A DNA stretch of 64,000 nucleotides, from NCBI GenBank assembly GCA_963703225.1, contig OY969801.1:1024001-1088000 (forward strand). Direction: 5' to 3'. Shown one piece after another: positions 20,520 through 30,479 of the stretch (positions are counted from its first letter, which is position 1; every line of letters starts with the position of its first letter). The notes below the pieces were generated by a model. That model made no database searches, was not told where the DNA came from, and saw only the letters and a list, made by a program, of their open reading frames with translations. The position numbers were made by a program, and so were the translations under genes. The stretch is from Candidatus Eiseniibacteriota bacterium (lineage in GTDB: Bacteria > Eisenbacteria > RBG-16-71-46 > SZUA-252).

Positions 20520-20948
20520 ATGGGAAGCTTCCAGATCGTAGAGGAGATGGCGCTCGCGGACTGCGCGGTTGACCTTTCGGCGCGGGATCTGACCGACGTG
20601 TTCGAGACGTCCGCACGTGCGCTTGCGGAGATCACTGTGGATCCTCGCACGGTCCCGGAATCCGTGGCTCGGTTCATCGCGCTTGAGGCTCCGACCATGG
20701 ATCAGCTCTTTTTCGACTGGCTCTCCGAGTTGATCTATCTGAGGGACCGGGACACGGAGGTGTATGGCCGCTGCGATGTCCAGCTCAGCGGCGTTGGGCC
20801 GTACCACCTTGCCGCCCGGCTGCATGGAGGGCGGGTCACACCGGGACGTACGGATCGGCGTGCCGACGTCAAGGGTGTTGCACTCAATGAATTCGTCCTC
20901 GAGCCCAGCGAAGGAGGCTGGCATGCCCACTTCATGTTCAACCTGTGA
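20520..20948 (+). CDS. Archease family protein
   Basis: ALAD..., DWLSELIYL and ADVKG..L motifs; 142 aa. Confidence 0.85.
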   Translation: MGSFQIVEEMALADCAVDLSARDLTDVFETSARALAEITVDPRTVPESVARFIALEAPTMDQLFFDWLSELIYLRDRDTEVYGRCDVQLSGVGPYHLAARLHGGRVTPGRTDRRADVKGVALNEFVLEPSEGGWHAHFMFNL

Positions 20949-20981
20949 CCACTTCGGCACGCCAAGGAAGGGGAATGAGCA

Positions 20982-21398
20982 ATGAGCAATCGAGATGCAT
21001 GCCGGTGTGAGTTGGTTTGGGACATGGAGCGATTCGGGACCGCGGAGACGCCCGGCGGAGAGACCCTAGAAATCGGCGAATCGGGGCCGTGGACGCCGGG
21101 GCGCCTGCTTTCTCTGGCCGCACAGTCCTCCCTGATGGTCGAGTTCCTCCGCCTGACGGAAAAGGAGGATCTCCCGATCTTGGGCTATGTCTCGAGCGGA
21201 GAATCTGTCTTCACTTCGCCCGACCGGGCGCCCGAGCTAATCCTCTCCCCTTGCGTCGTCGTGGGAGATGAGCAGGACTCGTCTCGAGCCGAGAGACTCT
21301 TGGAGGAGGCGCTGGAAGTATCTCCCATCTGTCGACTCCTGCGCGGCGTCGCTGGGTTGGACGCGCGCATCGTTGTGGTGAAGCGGATCCCGGCGTGA
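20982..21398 (+). CDS. OsmC-like protein (divergent)
   Basis: WTPGRLLSLAAQSSLM..F and SPICRLL resemble the OsmC/Ohr fold; catalytic Cys positions appear altered. Confidence 0.55.
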   Translation: MSNRDACRCELVWDMERFGTAETPGGETLEIGESGPWTPGRLLSLAAQSSLMVEFLRLTEKEDLPILGYVSSGESVFTSPDRAPELILSPCVVVGDEQDSSRAERLLEEALEVSPICRLLRGVAGLDARIVVVKRIPA

Positions 21399-22837
21399 TG
21401 AAGATCGGCCCTCGTCACAAAGAGGTCACCCTCACCGCTGCGGAGTACTATCAACAACCGGGCGTCCGAGAACGGATCCGTGAATACTGTGGGCTCGAAG
21501 GTGGGTCCGCCTTCGGATGTGTCTTTATCGCCGCCAAAAAAGCTCGTTGTGGCTGCGCGTGGGAGCGTGCGCCGTTCTACCCCCCGGGCGAGCTCGACCG
21601 CCTTCTCGACCAAGGCCTGGACGTCTCGCGCTCCCTCTGGGACACGTCAAATCTTCTGTTCCATCTCGACATCGATTATCTGAACCCCGACCGCCCCGCG
21701 GAGCCCATCGTTCATCCCATCGAGACCTTTTACAAGCTCGAGCCCGTATATCGGGCCGTTCGGCATGTCATCGAAAAGTTCAAGCTCAACATCCTGGATC
21801 TGATGACGGGCGAAGGGTATCACTTCACGGGGAGGGTGCCGATCGGTGATGAGGCATTCGAGAAGCTCGCGGCGATCGCGCCCGGAACGCCGTCTTGGTT
21901 CGCGAGTCATGGAACGAGGGTGTCGGCTGGGACCGGAGCGTTCATCGACGAACGACACGCGAGAGCGAGCATGGGTCTCGGCATGGTGTTGGAGCACTTC
22001 GCCCAAATGATCCTCCGGCGGGCCGCGCTCGCCTGCGAGATTCCCGTGGTGCTCAACGCGACGGTGGTTGGCTCGGGTCTTAACGGACGCGAATGCGTCT
22101 CGCTCGATCTGTCCCACATCACCTATCCACTCGACGTGCGACATGCGCGCGCCGCTTTCAGTACCTATCAGAAGCATCTCGATCTCGAGAAATCAAGCAG
22201 CGTGCATGGGGCCGGCCGGGAGGCTCTGATCGCGTCGATTCCCCGTCAGGGCGCACCCCTGCTCACGTCGCTCGAAACGAGCCGCAATCCGGCTCGAGCG
22301 GCGCGTCTCGCGCCGAGTCGGGCCGCGTCGATTCCGAATGCCGCCGATGGGGTCTCCCGGCTTGTGGACGATTATCTAGGTTCGCCTCTCGCTCAGTGCC
22401 ATAGGGAGTTCTACACGGAAGGGGCTGAAGAGGCCGTCGACTCCAAAGAAGTGGACCAGCTGGGGAGGGGTACCGTCCCGCCATGCGTCGCGGCGTGTCT
22501 CGAAACTCCCAATGACCTTCTCCTCCGCCCGGAGTACCTGCAAAACCTGACGCGCTCTCTACTCAGCCGCGATTGGCGTCCGCGCCGGATCGCGGAGCTG
22601 ATCCAGAGGCTGTATGAGGGTGACTTCGGATGGGGCGATCACTGGAGGCGGAAGCATCCCGGGTGGCGCGCGGAGGTCTACGTGCGGTCCTTCGCCGGGA
22701 TGATCGCGACCGGCTTGGACGGAATGACCGACTTCAACTGCCTGTCGACCCAGGAGAAGGGGATGTGCCCTGGCGGATTTTGTGGCCACGAGTTAGCCGA
22801 GGACCGGGACCGGCTTCTGGCACGAGGCCCGCGGTGA
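21395..22837 (+). CDS. Hypothetical protein with AEP (PriS-like) motifs and a C-terminal PriL-like 4-Cys domain
   Basis: FHLDIDY, TGEGYHF, DVRHARAAFS.YQK; PPCV ... FNC....GMC....C. Confidence 0.7.
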   Translation: MMKIGPRHKEVTLTAAEYYQQPGVRERIREYCGLEGGSAFGCVFIAAKKARCGCAWERAPFYPPGELDRLLDQGLDVSRSLWDTSNLLFHLDIDYLNPDRPAEPIVHPIETFYKLEPVYRAVRHVIEKFKLNILDLMTGEGYHFTGRVPIGDEAFEKLAAIAPGTPSWFASHGTRVSAGTGAFIDERHARASMGLGMVLEHFAQMILRRAALACEIPVVLNATVVGSGLNGRECVSLDLSHITYPLDVRHARAAFSTYQKHLDLEKSSSVHGAGREALIASIPRQGAPLLTSLETSRNPARAARLAPSRAASIPNAADGVSRLVDDYLGSPLAQCHREFYTEGAEEAVDSKEVDQLGRGTVPPCVAACLETPNDLLLRPEYLQNLTRSLLSRDWRPRRIAELIQRLYEGDFGWGDHWRRKHPGWRAEVYVRSFAGMIATGLDGMTDFNCLSTQEKGMCPGGFCGHELAEDRDRLLARGPR

Positions 22838-23691
22838 GCTGGCGAATGGGGATCGCCACCGGCGGATGTGTGGAGCGGCCCATTCTCGACGTGCTCCAGA
22901 CCATCGCGCGTTGCGGATTTCGGGCGGTCGAGATCGGGACTCCTCCCAAGCATTTCGATCCATGGCGGCGGGAGCAAGTGCAGGCGGTGGAGAAGCTGCT
23001 GCGCCTGACCGGGATCAATGCGGTCTCCATTCACGCGCCCTTCGGGGGGATCCTCGACCTTTCAGATCCCAACCCGCATCACCGAAGCTCTGCCATCGGC
23101 GGGATTCTCCAGGCGGCGGCGGTGCTACAAGAGCTGGGAGGCTCGGTGGTGGTGGTGCATCCCACCGATGTTCCCCGCAATTCGGAAGACGTGGGGCGTC
23201 GTCTCGAGGCCAGCGCGGGCTCCCTGGCCATCCTAGCCCAATCGTGCGAGAGGATGGGTTTGCGGCTCGCGATCGAAAGTCCGCTTCCGCACCTGATCGG
23301 AGGGGCACCGCAGGAATTTGCCTGGCTCCTACAGCGCGTGGACGGCTCCGCCGGTGTGTGTCTCGACACGTCGCACACCTGTCTCGGGGGGAACTGGAAT
23401 GAATTCCTGAAGGTAGCGGGGCCGCGATTGCTCCATGTACACGTGTGCGACAACCGGGGGTCGTTCGATGACCACCTTCCTCCAGGTGAGGGCGTGATCC
23501 AGTGGGACGAGATTATCGAGAGCCTTCGTCGAGCCGAATACGAAGGGTGGATGATCTTGGAGATCGCCTGTCCGGAGGAGCCCCAGGACGATCGATTCGT
23601 ACGGGTCCGCGAATCCGCGGAGAGGCTCTTCGGGCTCGATGCAGGAACCCAGACGGGAAGGAGGGACGGCCATCTCGCTCCAGGAACGTGA
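22834..23691 (+). CDS. Sugar phosphate isomerase/epimerase (xylose isomerase-like TIM barrel, AP_endonuc_2)
   Basis: SIHAPF, LAIES, CLDTSH, HVHVCDN, DDHLPPGEG.I.W, ILE metal ligands. Confidence 0.9.
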   Translation: MSWRMGIATGGCVERPILDVLQTIARCGFRAVEIGTPPKHFDPWRREQVQAVEKLLRLTGINAVSIHAPFGGILDLSDPNPHHRSSAIGGILQAAAVLQELGGSVVVVHPTDVPRNSEDVGRRLEASAGSLAILAQSCERMGLRLAIESPLPHLIGGAPQEFAWLLQRVDGSAGVCLDTSHTCLGGNWNEFLKVAGPRLLHVHVCDNRGSFDDHLPPGEGVIQWDEIIESLRRAEYEGWMILEIACPEEPQDDRFVRVRESAERLFGLDAGTQTGRRDGHLAPGT

Positions 23692-25651
23692 GCAAATGGT
23701 GAAGCAACAGCTCGCCGGCCGCGGGATATCCGATCCTCGGGTCCTGGAAGCCTTCCGGGCCGTCCCACGCGAGGCGTTTCTCCCCCCGGAACTGGCTGAG
23801 TTCGCCTACCGGGACACGCCACTGCCCATCGCCGCCGGTCAAACGATCTCTCAGCCGTACATCGTAGCGGTCACGGTTGAAGCACTGGCCCTGCGGGGAC
23901 CTGAGCGTGTCCTGGAAATCGGCACCGGGTCCGGCTATGCGGCTGCCATCCTCGGCCAGCTCGCGAAAGAGGTGTTCACCGTCGAACGGCTCGCGCCGCT
24001 CGCCGAGGAGGCCCGGGAGAGGCTCGCGCGGCTCGGGTACCGAAATGTGCACGTGCTCTGCGGCGACGGCACGCTCGGCTGGCCCGAGCATGCGCCGTAC
24101 GACGCCATCGCGGTCGCGGCCGGCGGACCGGACGTACCGGAGGCGCTTCTGTCCCAGTTATCGCCGAGCGGCCGCCTGGTCATTCCCGTCGGGCCGGACG
24201 AATTCTCCCAGGAGCTCGTGCGCGTGGTTCGGGAAGGCAACCAACGCTTCCGCCGAGAGCCAATCATGGGCGTCCGCTTCGTGCCTCTCGTTGGAGAGCA
24301 AGGATGGCCCGAGGATGCCGGTCCCATCCGTGCGCCAAAGGCGTCGACCGGAGCGAGAGGGATCGCGAGGCTCGTCCGAGAGACCGCCGAGCCGATCGAC
24401 GACCCGGATTCTGCACCGGTGGAGGCGCTCCTCGACCGGATCGGGGACGCCCGGGTCGTTCTTCTCGGAGAATCGACGCACGGAACCAGCGAGTTCTACC
24501 GAATGCGCGCACGCATTACGAAGGCGCTTATCGAGCGGCTGGGCTTCACCTTCGTCGCGGTCGAGGCAGACTGGCCCGACGCCGCGAGGATCAACGACTA
24601 CGTGTTGGACGATTCCCGTCGGCCCACGGTGGACTTCAGGCCGTTCTCCAGATTTCCGACGTGGATGTGGCGCAACGAGGAAGTCGACGCCTTTGTCGTT
24701 TGGCTCCGCTCGCGGAACGCGACCCGGCGAGTGCGGGCCGGGTTTCATGGACTTGACCTCTACAGCATGTTCACGTCGATCGCGGCCGTCCTTGCCTATC
24801 TCGACGACGTGGACCCGGACGCCGCCCGCGTGGCCCGAGCCCGCTACGGCACGCTCACTCCGTGGCAGAAGGACCCGGCAGCCTATGGACGGGCCGTCCT
24901 CGCGGGCCGGTACGAAAGCTCGGAAGGGGCCGTCATTGCCATGCTTCGGGAACTTCTCGAGGGCCGCCTCGAATACGGCCGGATGGACGGAGAGCGGTTC
25001 TTCGACGCGGCCCGAAACGCGCACGTCGTGGCGAATGCCGAGGCCTACTACCGCGCGATGTACTACGGCTCGGCGGCCTCCTGGAATCTGCGCGATACGC
25101 ACATGTTCGAGACGCTGCAGGCCCTATTCGACTTCTACGGCCCCGATGCCAAGGGGGTCGTGTGGGAGCACAATTCGCACGTGGGAAATGCCGCTGCAAC
25201 GGAAATGGGCGCGCGGGGCGAGCTGAACGTTGGGCAGCTCTGCCGTGGAGAGTTTGGCAATGGCGCGTACATCTTGGGGTTCGGCACCGATCATGGCACG
25301 GTCGGGGCGGCGTCCGACTGGGATGAGCCCATGCAGCGGATGACGATCCGCCCCGCGCAAGAGGGAAGTTATGAACGCCTCTTCCACGAGTCGGACGTAC
25401 CCGCATTCACCCTGCATCTGCGCGCTCCAAAACGTTCGGACGTTCGCGAAGAGTTGCTTTCTCCTCGCCTCGAGCGCGCGATCGGAGTCGTGTACCGACC
25501 CGAGACCGAGCTGGCGAGCCACTATTTCTACGCGAGCTTGCCCCACCAATTTGATGAAATCGTCTGGTTCGACGAGACCCGCGCGGTCCAGCCCCTCGAA
25601 ACCGGGCGGTGGTCGAGAGAGGTTCCGGAAACCTACCCGTTCGGGCTCTGA
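23639..25651 (+). CDS. pcm: Protein-L-isoaspartate O-methyltransferase fused to an erythromycin esterase domain
   Basis: QTISQPY, VLEIGTGSGY, GWPEHAPYD; then LLGESTHGTSEFY, VEADWPD, WNLRD.HM, WEHNSHVG. Confidence 0.93.
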   Translation: MQEPRREGGTAISLQEREQMVKQQLAGRGISDPRVLEAFRAVPREAFLPPELAEFAYRDTPLPIAAGQTISQPYIVAVTVEALALRGPERVLEIGTGSGYAAAILGQLAKEVFTVERLAPLAEEARERLARLGYRNVHVLCGDGTLGWPEHAPYDAIAVAAGGPDVPEALLSQLSPSGRLVIPVGPDEFSQELVRVVREGNQRFRREPIMGVRFVPLVGEQGWPEDAGPIRAPKASTGARGIARLVRETAEPIDDPDSAPVEALLDRIGDARVVLLGESTHGTSEFYRMRARITKALIERLGFTFVAVEADWPDAARINDYVLDDSRRPTVDFRPFSRFPTWMWRNEEVDAFVVWLRSRNATRRVRAGFHGLDLYSMFTSIAAVLAYLDDVDPDAARVARARYGTLTPWQKDPAAYGRAVLAGRYESSEGAVIAMLRELLEGRLEYGRMDGERFFDAARNAHVVANAEAYYRAMYYGSAASWNLRDTHMFETLQALFDFYGPDAKGVVWEHNSHVGNAAATEMGARGELNVGQLCRGEFGNGAYILGFGTDHGTVGAASDWDEPMQRMTIRPAQEGSYERLFHESDVPAFTLHLRAPKRSDVREELLSPRLERAIGVVYRPETELASHYFYASLPHQFDEIVWFDETRAVQPLETGRWSREVPETYPFGL

Positions 25652-25690
25652 CCTTCGGCAGAGCCATTGGACCCGGGGCCAACCCCGTCC

Positions 25691-25836
25691 TGACACCGAT
25701 GGGAGAGACTCTGTCAACCTGTCAGCATCCGCCGCTCCCCGCTGCGGGCCACGATCCCTGTGCGGTGGCGTAACCTGCATCCAGGAGAGAAGCTCGGGGA
25801 TGTGCGACCCGTGAAGGTAAGAGGCACACTTCGTGC
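25691..25836 (+). promoter_or_regulatory. Sigma54 promoter (AGGCACACTTCGTGC, 25822-25836) with upstream motif TGTCAACCTGTCA (25712-25724)
   Basis: Shares the motif, CGTAACyTGCATC and -24/-12 blocks with 8900-9046. Confidence 0.75.
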
Positions 25837-25906
25837 CCTGTGGACCAAGGCGGCGGTCCCGACAAGATTGGTGGAAGGTGTCGCGGACGACAAAGGAGGA
25901 AGGGCC

Positions 25907-26590
25907 ATGAAGACGGACACGAGGTCAAAGATGGCAGTGGATCTCCAGAAGCAAGTGGTGGATGAGTTGAAGTGGGAGCCGAGCGTGAATGAGGCGGATA
26001 TCGGCGTCATCGTCAAGGATGGGATTGTGACATTGGCTGGAGTGGTGGGCTCGTACGCCGAGAAGTCGGCGGCGGAGCGGGCGGCTCAGCGCGTCCTTGG
26101 CGTCAGGGCTGTGGCGAACGAAATCGACATCAGGCTACCCAGCAGCAGCACGCGTACGGATGCCGACATCGCGGCCGCAGCCGTGAACGCGCTGCAGTGG
26201 CACGTGTTCCTCCCGCGCGGCAAAATCAAAGTGGCCGTGGACGGGGGATGGGTCACCCTGAAGGGGGACATGCAGTGGCAGTTCCAGAAGACGGCGGCCG
26301 AAGAGTCCGTGCGCCATCTCCTTGGTGTGAGGGGCATTTCCAACCAGATCACGATCAAGCCACGGGTTTCCGCTTCGGACGTCAAGGGCAAGATCCGGGC
26401 TGCCCTGGAGCGGAACGCGGTGCTCGATGCGGACAAGATCGGCGTCGATGCGCATGATGGACGGGTAACCTTGCACGGTACGGTCCGTTCCATGGATGAG
26501 AAATTCGAAGCTGGCCGGGCCGCATGGTCAGCGCCTGGCGTCTTGGGCGTCGAGAACAACCTCGAGGTTGCATCCATCGTCGAGTTCTAG
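25907..26590 (+). CDS. BON domain protein (three BON repeats, OsmY-like)
   Basis: Repeated G.VTL.G / GV..V.N motifs; AAGGAGG RBS. Confidence 0.93.
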   Translation: MKTDTRSKMAVDLQKQVVDELKWEPSVNEADIGVIVKDGIVTLAGVVGSYAEKSAAERAAQRVLGVRAVANEIDIRLPSSSTRTDADIAAAAVNALQWHVFLPRGKIKVAVDGGWVTLKGDMQWQFQKTAAEESVRHLLGVRGISNQITIKPRVSASDVKGKIRAALERNAVLDADKIGVDAHDGRVTLHGTVRSMDEKFEAGRAAWSAPGVLGVENNLEVASIVEF

Positions 26591-26617
26591 GATTTGTCGC
26601 TCGCACGGGAGGGTTCC

Positions 26618-27013
26618 ATGAAAGGCTTCGTCGAGGAAATCGAAAAGAGGACCGAGAAGAACTCGGACTTCCGGCGTGTGCTCTACACGGGCAGAAACAT
26701 GCAGCTGGTGTTAATGGCGCTTCGAGTCGGCGAGGAGATTGGCAGCGAGGTGCACCCCGATCGCGACCAGTTCTTTCGCGTGGAGAAGGGCAAAGGCGAG
26801 GTCTGGATCGATGGCACGAGGACGAAGATCGAGGATAATGTAGCGATTATTGTCCCTGCGGGCGCGCGGCACAACATCAAGAACACCGGGAGAGAGCCGC
26901 TGAAGCTTTACACGCTCTATGCGCCTCCCGAGCATGCTGATGGCACCGTACAGGTCACGAAAGCCGATGCGGAGGCCGCCGAGGAACATTTTGCCGGCAA
27001 GACGACCGAGTAG
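26618..27013 (+). CDS. Cupin domain protein
   Basis: EIGSEVH..RDQFFRVEKG and VPAGARHNIKNTG; LYAPPEH. Confidence 0.92.
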   Translation: MKGFVEEIEKRTEKNSDFRRVLYTGRNMQLVLMALRVGEEIGSEVHPDRDQFFRVEKGKGEVWIDGTRTKIEDNVAIIVPAGARHNIKNTGREPLKLYTLYAPPEHADGTVQVTKADAEAAEEHFAGKTTE

Positions 27014-27239
27014 CACGCCGGACGCCGGAGTCGGCGGAACAGCCCTTCAGTTCGCCCGCGTCAGTCGGGAAGCGGCTACGTTCGACTATCTCTATGCGAA
27101 GGCTGCGGCGCCCGGCTGGGCGTTCCATGTCGTCGTGACGGATTCTCCCTGTCTGTTCATGGCTATCCAGAAAGCCCTCACCGCCGCGGGGTTCCCGCCG
27201 GCCCGCTCCTCAGCCCTCTGAAAATAAATTGGCTCCCAG

Positions 27240-27266
27240 TGTCGATCCGATCGAACTCCGTTCGTA
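27240..27266 (+). promoter_or_regulatory. ECF42-type promoter (TGTCGA-N17-CGTA)
   Basis: Matches the described ECF42 -35 TGTCGA / -10 CG(A/T)C pattern (last base differs); directly upstream of the operon encoding YciI and an ECF42 sigma. Confidence 0.7.
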
Positions 27267-27326
27267 TAGAGCGTGAGAAGCCGGGTTCGCCGCGCTTCGA
27301 CGGGACTACGACAGAAGGGAGCTAGA

Positions 27327-27980
27327 ATGCGCAACCTCATAGTGTTCACGCACTTGACCCTCGATGGCGTAATGCAGGCACCGGGCCGGGCCGACGAGGA
27401 CCCCCGCGGCGGCTTCGAGCACGGCGGCTGGTCGCTGCCGTACAAGGATTCGGTCATGGGCAGCCTGGTGGGCGCCGGAATGGCCGAAGCCGGTCCTCTG
27501 TTGTTCGGGAGGCGTACCTACGAGGATTTCTTATGCGTCTGGCCAAAACGGAAGGACAACGCGTTCACCGAGGTGCTCAACAACGCGCAAAAATACGTCG
27601 CATCGACAACGCTGACCGAGCCGCTCCCTTGGAGTAACTCCACGCTGCTCCAAGGCGACGCCGTGGACGCCGTGGCCCGGCTCAAGGAAGAACCGGGGAA
27701 AGACATAGTGGTACTGGGCAGCGCGGGGCTTGTAGGATCGCTGATTCGGCATAACCTTGTGGATGTGTACGTGTTGCTGATCCACCCGCTGGTGTTGGGA
27801 TCGGGGCGGCGTCTTTTCACCGACAATGGCGCATTCGCCGCGCTCCGGCTCGTCGACGCGAAGACCACGACCACGGGCGTGGTGATCGCGACGTACCGCC
27901 TGGCCGAACAGACGGCTCAGAAACCGCCAGCAGAGCTGACGGCGCACGGCGGCGCCAATGCCCAGGAGAGCATGCGATGA
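27327..27980 (+). CDS. Dihydrofolate reductase-like (RibD C-terminal) protein
   Basis: [39 protein letters not shown]. Confidence 0.9.
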   Translation: MRNLIVFTHLTLDGVMQAPGRADEDPRGGFEHGGWSLPYKDSVMGSLVGAGMAEAGPLLFGRRTYEDFLCVWPKRKDNAFTEVLNNAQKYVASTTLTEPLPWSNSTLLQGDAVDAVARLKEEPGKDIVVLGSAGLVGSLIRHNLVDVYVLLIHPLVLGSGRRLFTDNGAFAALRLVDAKTTTTGVVIATYRLAEQTAQKPPAELTAHGGANAQESMR

Positions 27981-28330
27981 AGCAGTACCTGCTCAGCATC
28001 TATCAGCCCGAAGGGGGTACTCCTCCGCCCGAAGTCTTGGAGAAGGTGATGCTGGACGTCGACACCCTGAACCGAGAGCTCAAGACCGCCGGCGCGTGGG
28101 TCTTCGCCGGAGGGCTCCACCCCTCGAGCACGGCCACGGTGGTGCGGTTTCAAGGCGACGAGACGCTCATGACCGACGGCCCGTTTGCCGAAGGCAAAGA
28201 GCACATCGGCGGCTTCTGGATCATCAATGCGCCCGATCTCGACGCGGCGCTCGAGTGGGCCCGCAAGGCCGCCCGGGCGGTCACCCTCCCGATCGAAGTG
28301 CGGCCGTTTCGAGACAGGGCCGAGGCCTGA
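27977..28330 (+). CDS. YciI family (DGPF) protein
   Basis: [16 protein letters not shown] and IEVRPF. Confidence 0.93.
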   Translation: MKQYLLSIYQPEGGTPPPEVLEKVMLDVDTLNRELKTAGAWVFAGGLHPSSTATVVRFQGDETLMTDGPFAEGKEHIGGFWIINAPDLDAALEWARKAARAVTLPIEVRPFRDRAEA

Positions 28331-28338
28331 CGCCGGGC

Positions 28339-29562
28339 GTGCCGACCCTCAACACCTCCGAGATCGAACGTGTGTTCCGCGAGGAGTACGGCCGCGCGGT
28401 GGCCGTCTTGGTCCGCCACTTTGGCGATATCGATCTCGCGGAGGAAGCGGTTCAGGATGCGTTCACCGTGGCGGTGGAACGGTGGCCGTCCGCCGGACTG
28501 CCTCCGAGCCCGGCGGGATGGATCATCACCACGGCTCGCAACCGGGCGATCGATCGCCTCCGCCGAGAGGCGTCCCGCGGGGACCGGCACGCCCAGGCCG
28601 TGGCGCTTCACGCCAGCAGCGAATCGCCAGAGGAGGACGCCGTGCGCGACGATCGATTGCGCCTGATGTTCACCTGTTGCCACCCCGCGCTCGCCACCGG
28701 CGCGCAGGTTGCCCTGACACTCCGGCTCCTGGGTGGGCTCACCACCGCCGAGATCGCGCACGCGTTCCTCGTGCCCGGGCCGACGATGGCCCAGCGACTG
28801 GTTCGCGCGAAGGGCAAGATCCGCGATGCGGGTATCCCTTATCGTGTTCCGCACGGTTCCGACCTGCCTGGCCGCCTTCGCGCTGTGCTCGCGGTTGTCT
28901 ACCTCGTGTTCAATGAGGGTTACACGGCGAGCACGGGCGACCGGCTTATCCGCGAAGATCTCTGCGCCGAGGCGATCCGCCTGGGGCGACTCCTGGCCGA
29001 GCTGATGCCGGATGAACCGGAAGTTTGTGGACTGCTGGCGCTCATGCTGTTGATCGAGTCGCGCCGGGCGACCCGTACCACGGCCTCGGGCGACCTCGTG
29101 CGGCTCGCCGACCAGAACCGCAGCCTCTGGGACCGCGAGCTCATCTCCGAAGGCCAAGCCATCGTCCGCCAATCTCTCGCCCGAAATCAGCCCGGCCCGT
29201 ACCAGATCCAGGCGGCGATCAACGCTGTCCACAGCGCCGCGCCCGTCGCATCCGCCACCGACTGGCGGCAAATCCTAGAGTTGTACGACCAACTCCTGTC
29301 GATCGCGCCTAGCCCGATCGTGGCCCTCAACCGCGCGGTCGCCGTGGCCGAGGTTCAGGGACCCGATGCGGCGCTCTCTCTTCTCGACGGCCGCGATCTG
29401 GATGGCTTTCACTTGTTCCACGCGATCCGCGCCGACCTGCTCCGGCGCGTCGGCCGAAACGACGAAGCGGCGCTGGCGTACAAGGCGGCGATCGCCCGCA
29501 CCGACAACGCGCGTGAGCGCGACTTTCTCCAGCGCGGCCTTCAGACGGTCACACAAGGCTGA
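28339..29562 (+). CDS. ECF sigma factor, ECF42 group (C-terminal TPR extension)
   Basis: [52 protein letters not shown]; next to a DGPF gene. Confidence 0.92.
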   Translation: MPTLNTSEIERVFREEYGRAVAVLVRHFGDIDLAEEAVQDAFTVAVERWPSAGLPPSPAGWIITTARNRAIDRLRREASRGDRHAQAVALHASSESPEEDAVRDDRLRLMFTCCHPALATGAQVALTLRLLGGLTTAEIAHAFLVPGPTMAQRLVRAKGKIRDAGIPYRVPHGSDLPGRLRAVLAVVYLVFNEGYTASTGDRLIREDLCAEAIRLGRLLAELMPDEPEVCGLLALMLLIESRRATRTTASGDLVRLADQNRSLWDRELISEGQAIVRQSLARNQPGPYQIQAAINAVHSAAPVASATDWRQILELYDQLLSIAPSPIVALNRAVAVAEVQGPDAALSLLDGRDLDGFHLFHAIRADLLRRVGRNDEAALAYKAAIARTDNARERDFLQRGLQTVTQG

Positions 29563-29649
29563 CGAGGCTGACGTGACGCTGGCTGCTAGCGCCTACCACT
29601 GCGGTGGATTGCTTGTGCTAGGTCATGCGGGCCGAGCTTCCCCCAGCGA

Positions 29650-30192
29650 TCAAGATGGCACGGGCGGGATCGCCCGATAGGAACGCATCAGATCGTCGCG
29701 CTCACTTTGCCCCAGATCGGAGCCGAAATGGAGCATGGCGTCCAGGACATCGTGGCCTTCGAAGTAGGCCGGGTGGCATGCGAGATGGATGAAGCCTCCC
29801 GGTGAGAATCGCCCCTCTTCATAGAACGCGAGGCGGATCCGCCAACTCCCGCGTTCGATGGGGTTACGGCAGCTCCGGCACTTGGCCTGTCCGCTCGACG
29901 CCCGCTCGGCGCCGTCGACCCGCCGCAGACGCCGGTGCGCCAGCGTCCCGCGCGCGGCACGTTCCAAGGCATCCCGGCCGGACAGACCGTCCGGCGCTCC
30001 GGCGAGCGCTTCGAGGAATGGCTCCGGACGCTTGAACGCCGCGCACGGAGGGTGAAACCACAGCGTCATTTCGCCTTCGCCGTATGGATTCGGCAGGCGC
30101 TCGCCAAAGCGCAGCTCACCGCGGTCGATAGCCCGGCCGCAGCCGCGGCACTTCGCCCGCCCGGTCGGGGCGACCTCGAAGACATGAGGCAT
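29650..30192 (-). CDS. Protein with two tandem PARP-type zinc fingers
   Basis: EVAPTGRAKCRGC...GELRFG...WFHPPC and ERASSGQAKCRSC...RI...FIHLAC. Confidence 0.82.
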   Translation of the reverse strand: MPHVFEVAPTGRAKCRGCGRAIDRGELRFGERLPNPYGEGEMTLWFHPPCAAFKRPEPFLEALAGAPDGLSGRDALERAARGTLAHRRLRRVDGAERASSGQAKCRSCRNPIERGSWRIRLAFYEEGRFSPGGFIHLACHPAYFEGHDVLDAMLHFGSDLGQSERDDLMRSYRAIPPVPS

Positions 30193-30479
30193 GTGGGGAG
30201 GATACGCCAGACCCGGGCCCGCGTCCTACGCGACCCCGCCACAGCTGAACCGGGGGCAAGCTCGCTCGCCTCCGTCAGCAGCCGGCGACAGTGTCCATTC
30301 GTCTTGTTGACACGCACGGCACGAGATCCATGAGGGTAGGGAGGCTCATGGGCGTATAGTTCCCACTCACACAATCACTTAATTGGTTTGTGCCGCTGCT
30401 CCTCGGTGTGGGCACGTTCCTTGATGTGGTCCTCCGGCGGGAAAGGAGGGGGCCTCTCCCAGGCCCTAAGAAGCCCGCC

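Noticed and set aside
27014..27221. Possible small ORF or remnant after the cupin gene
   Set aside because: No start or RBS and no recognisable motif.
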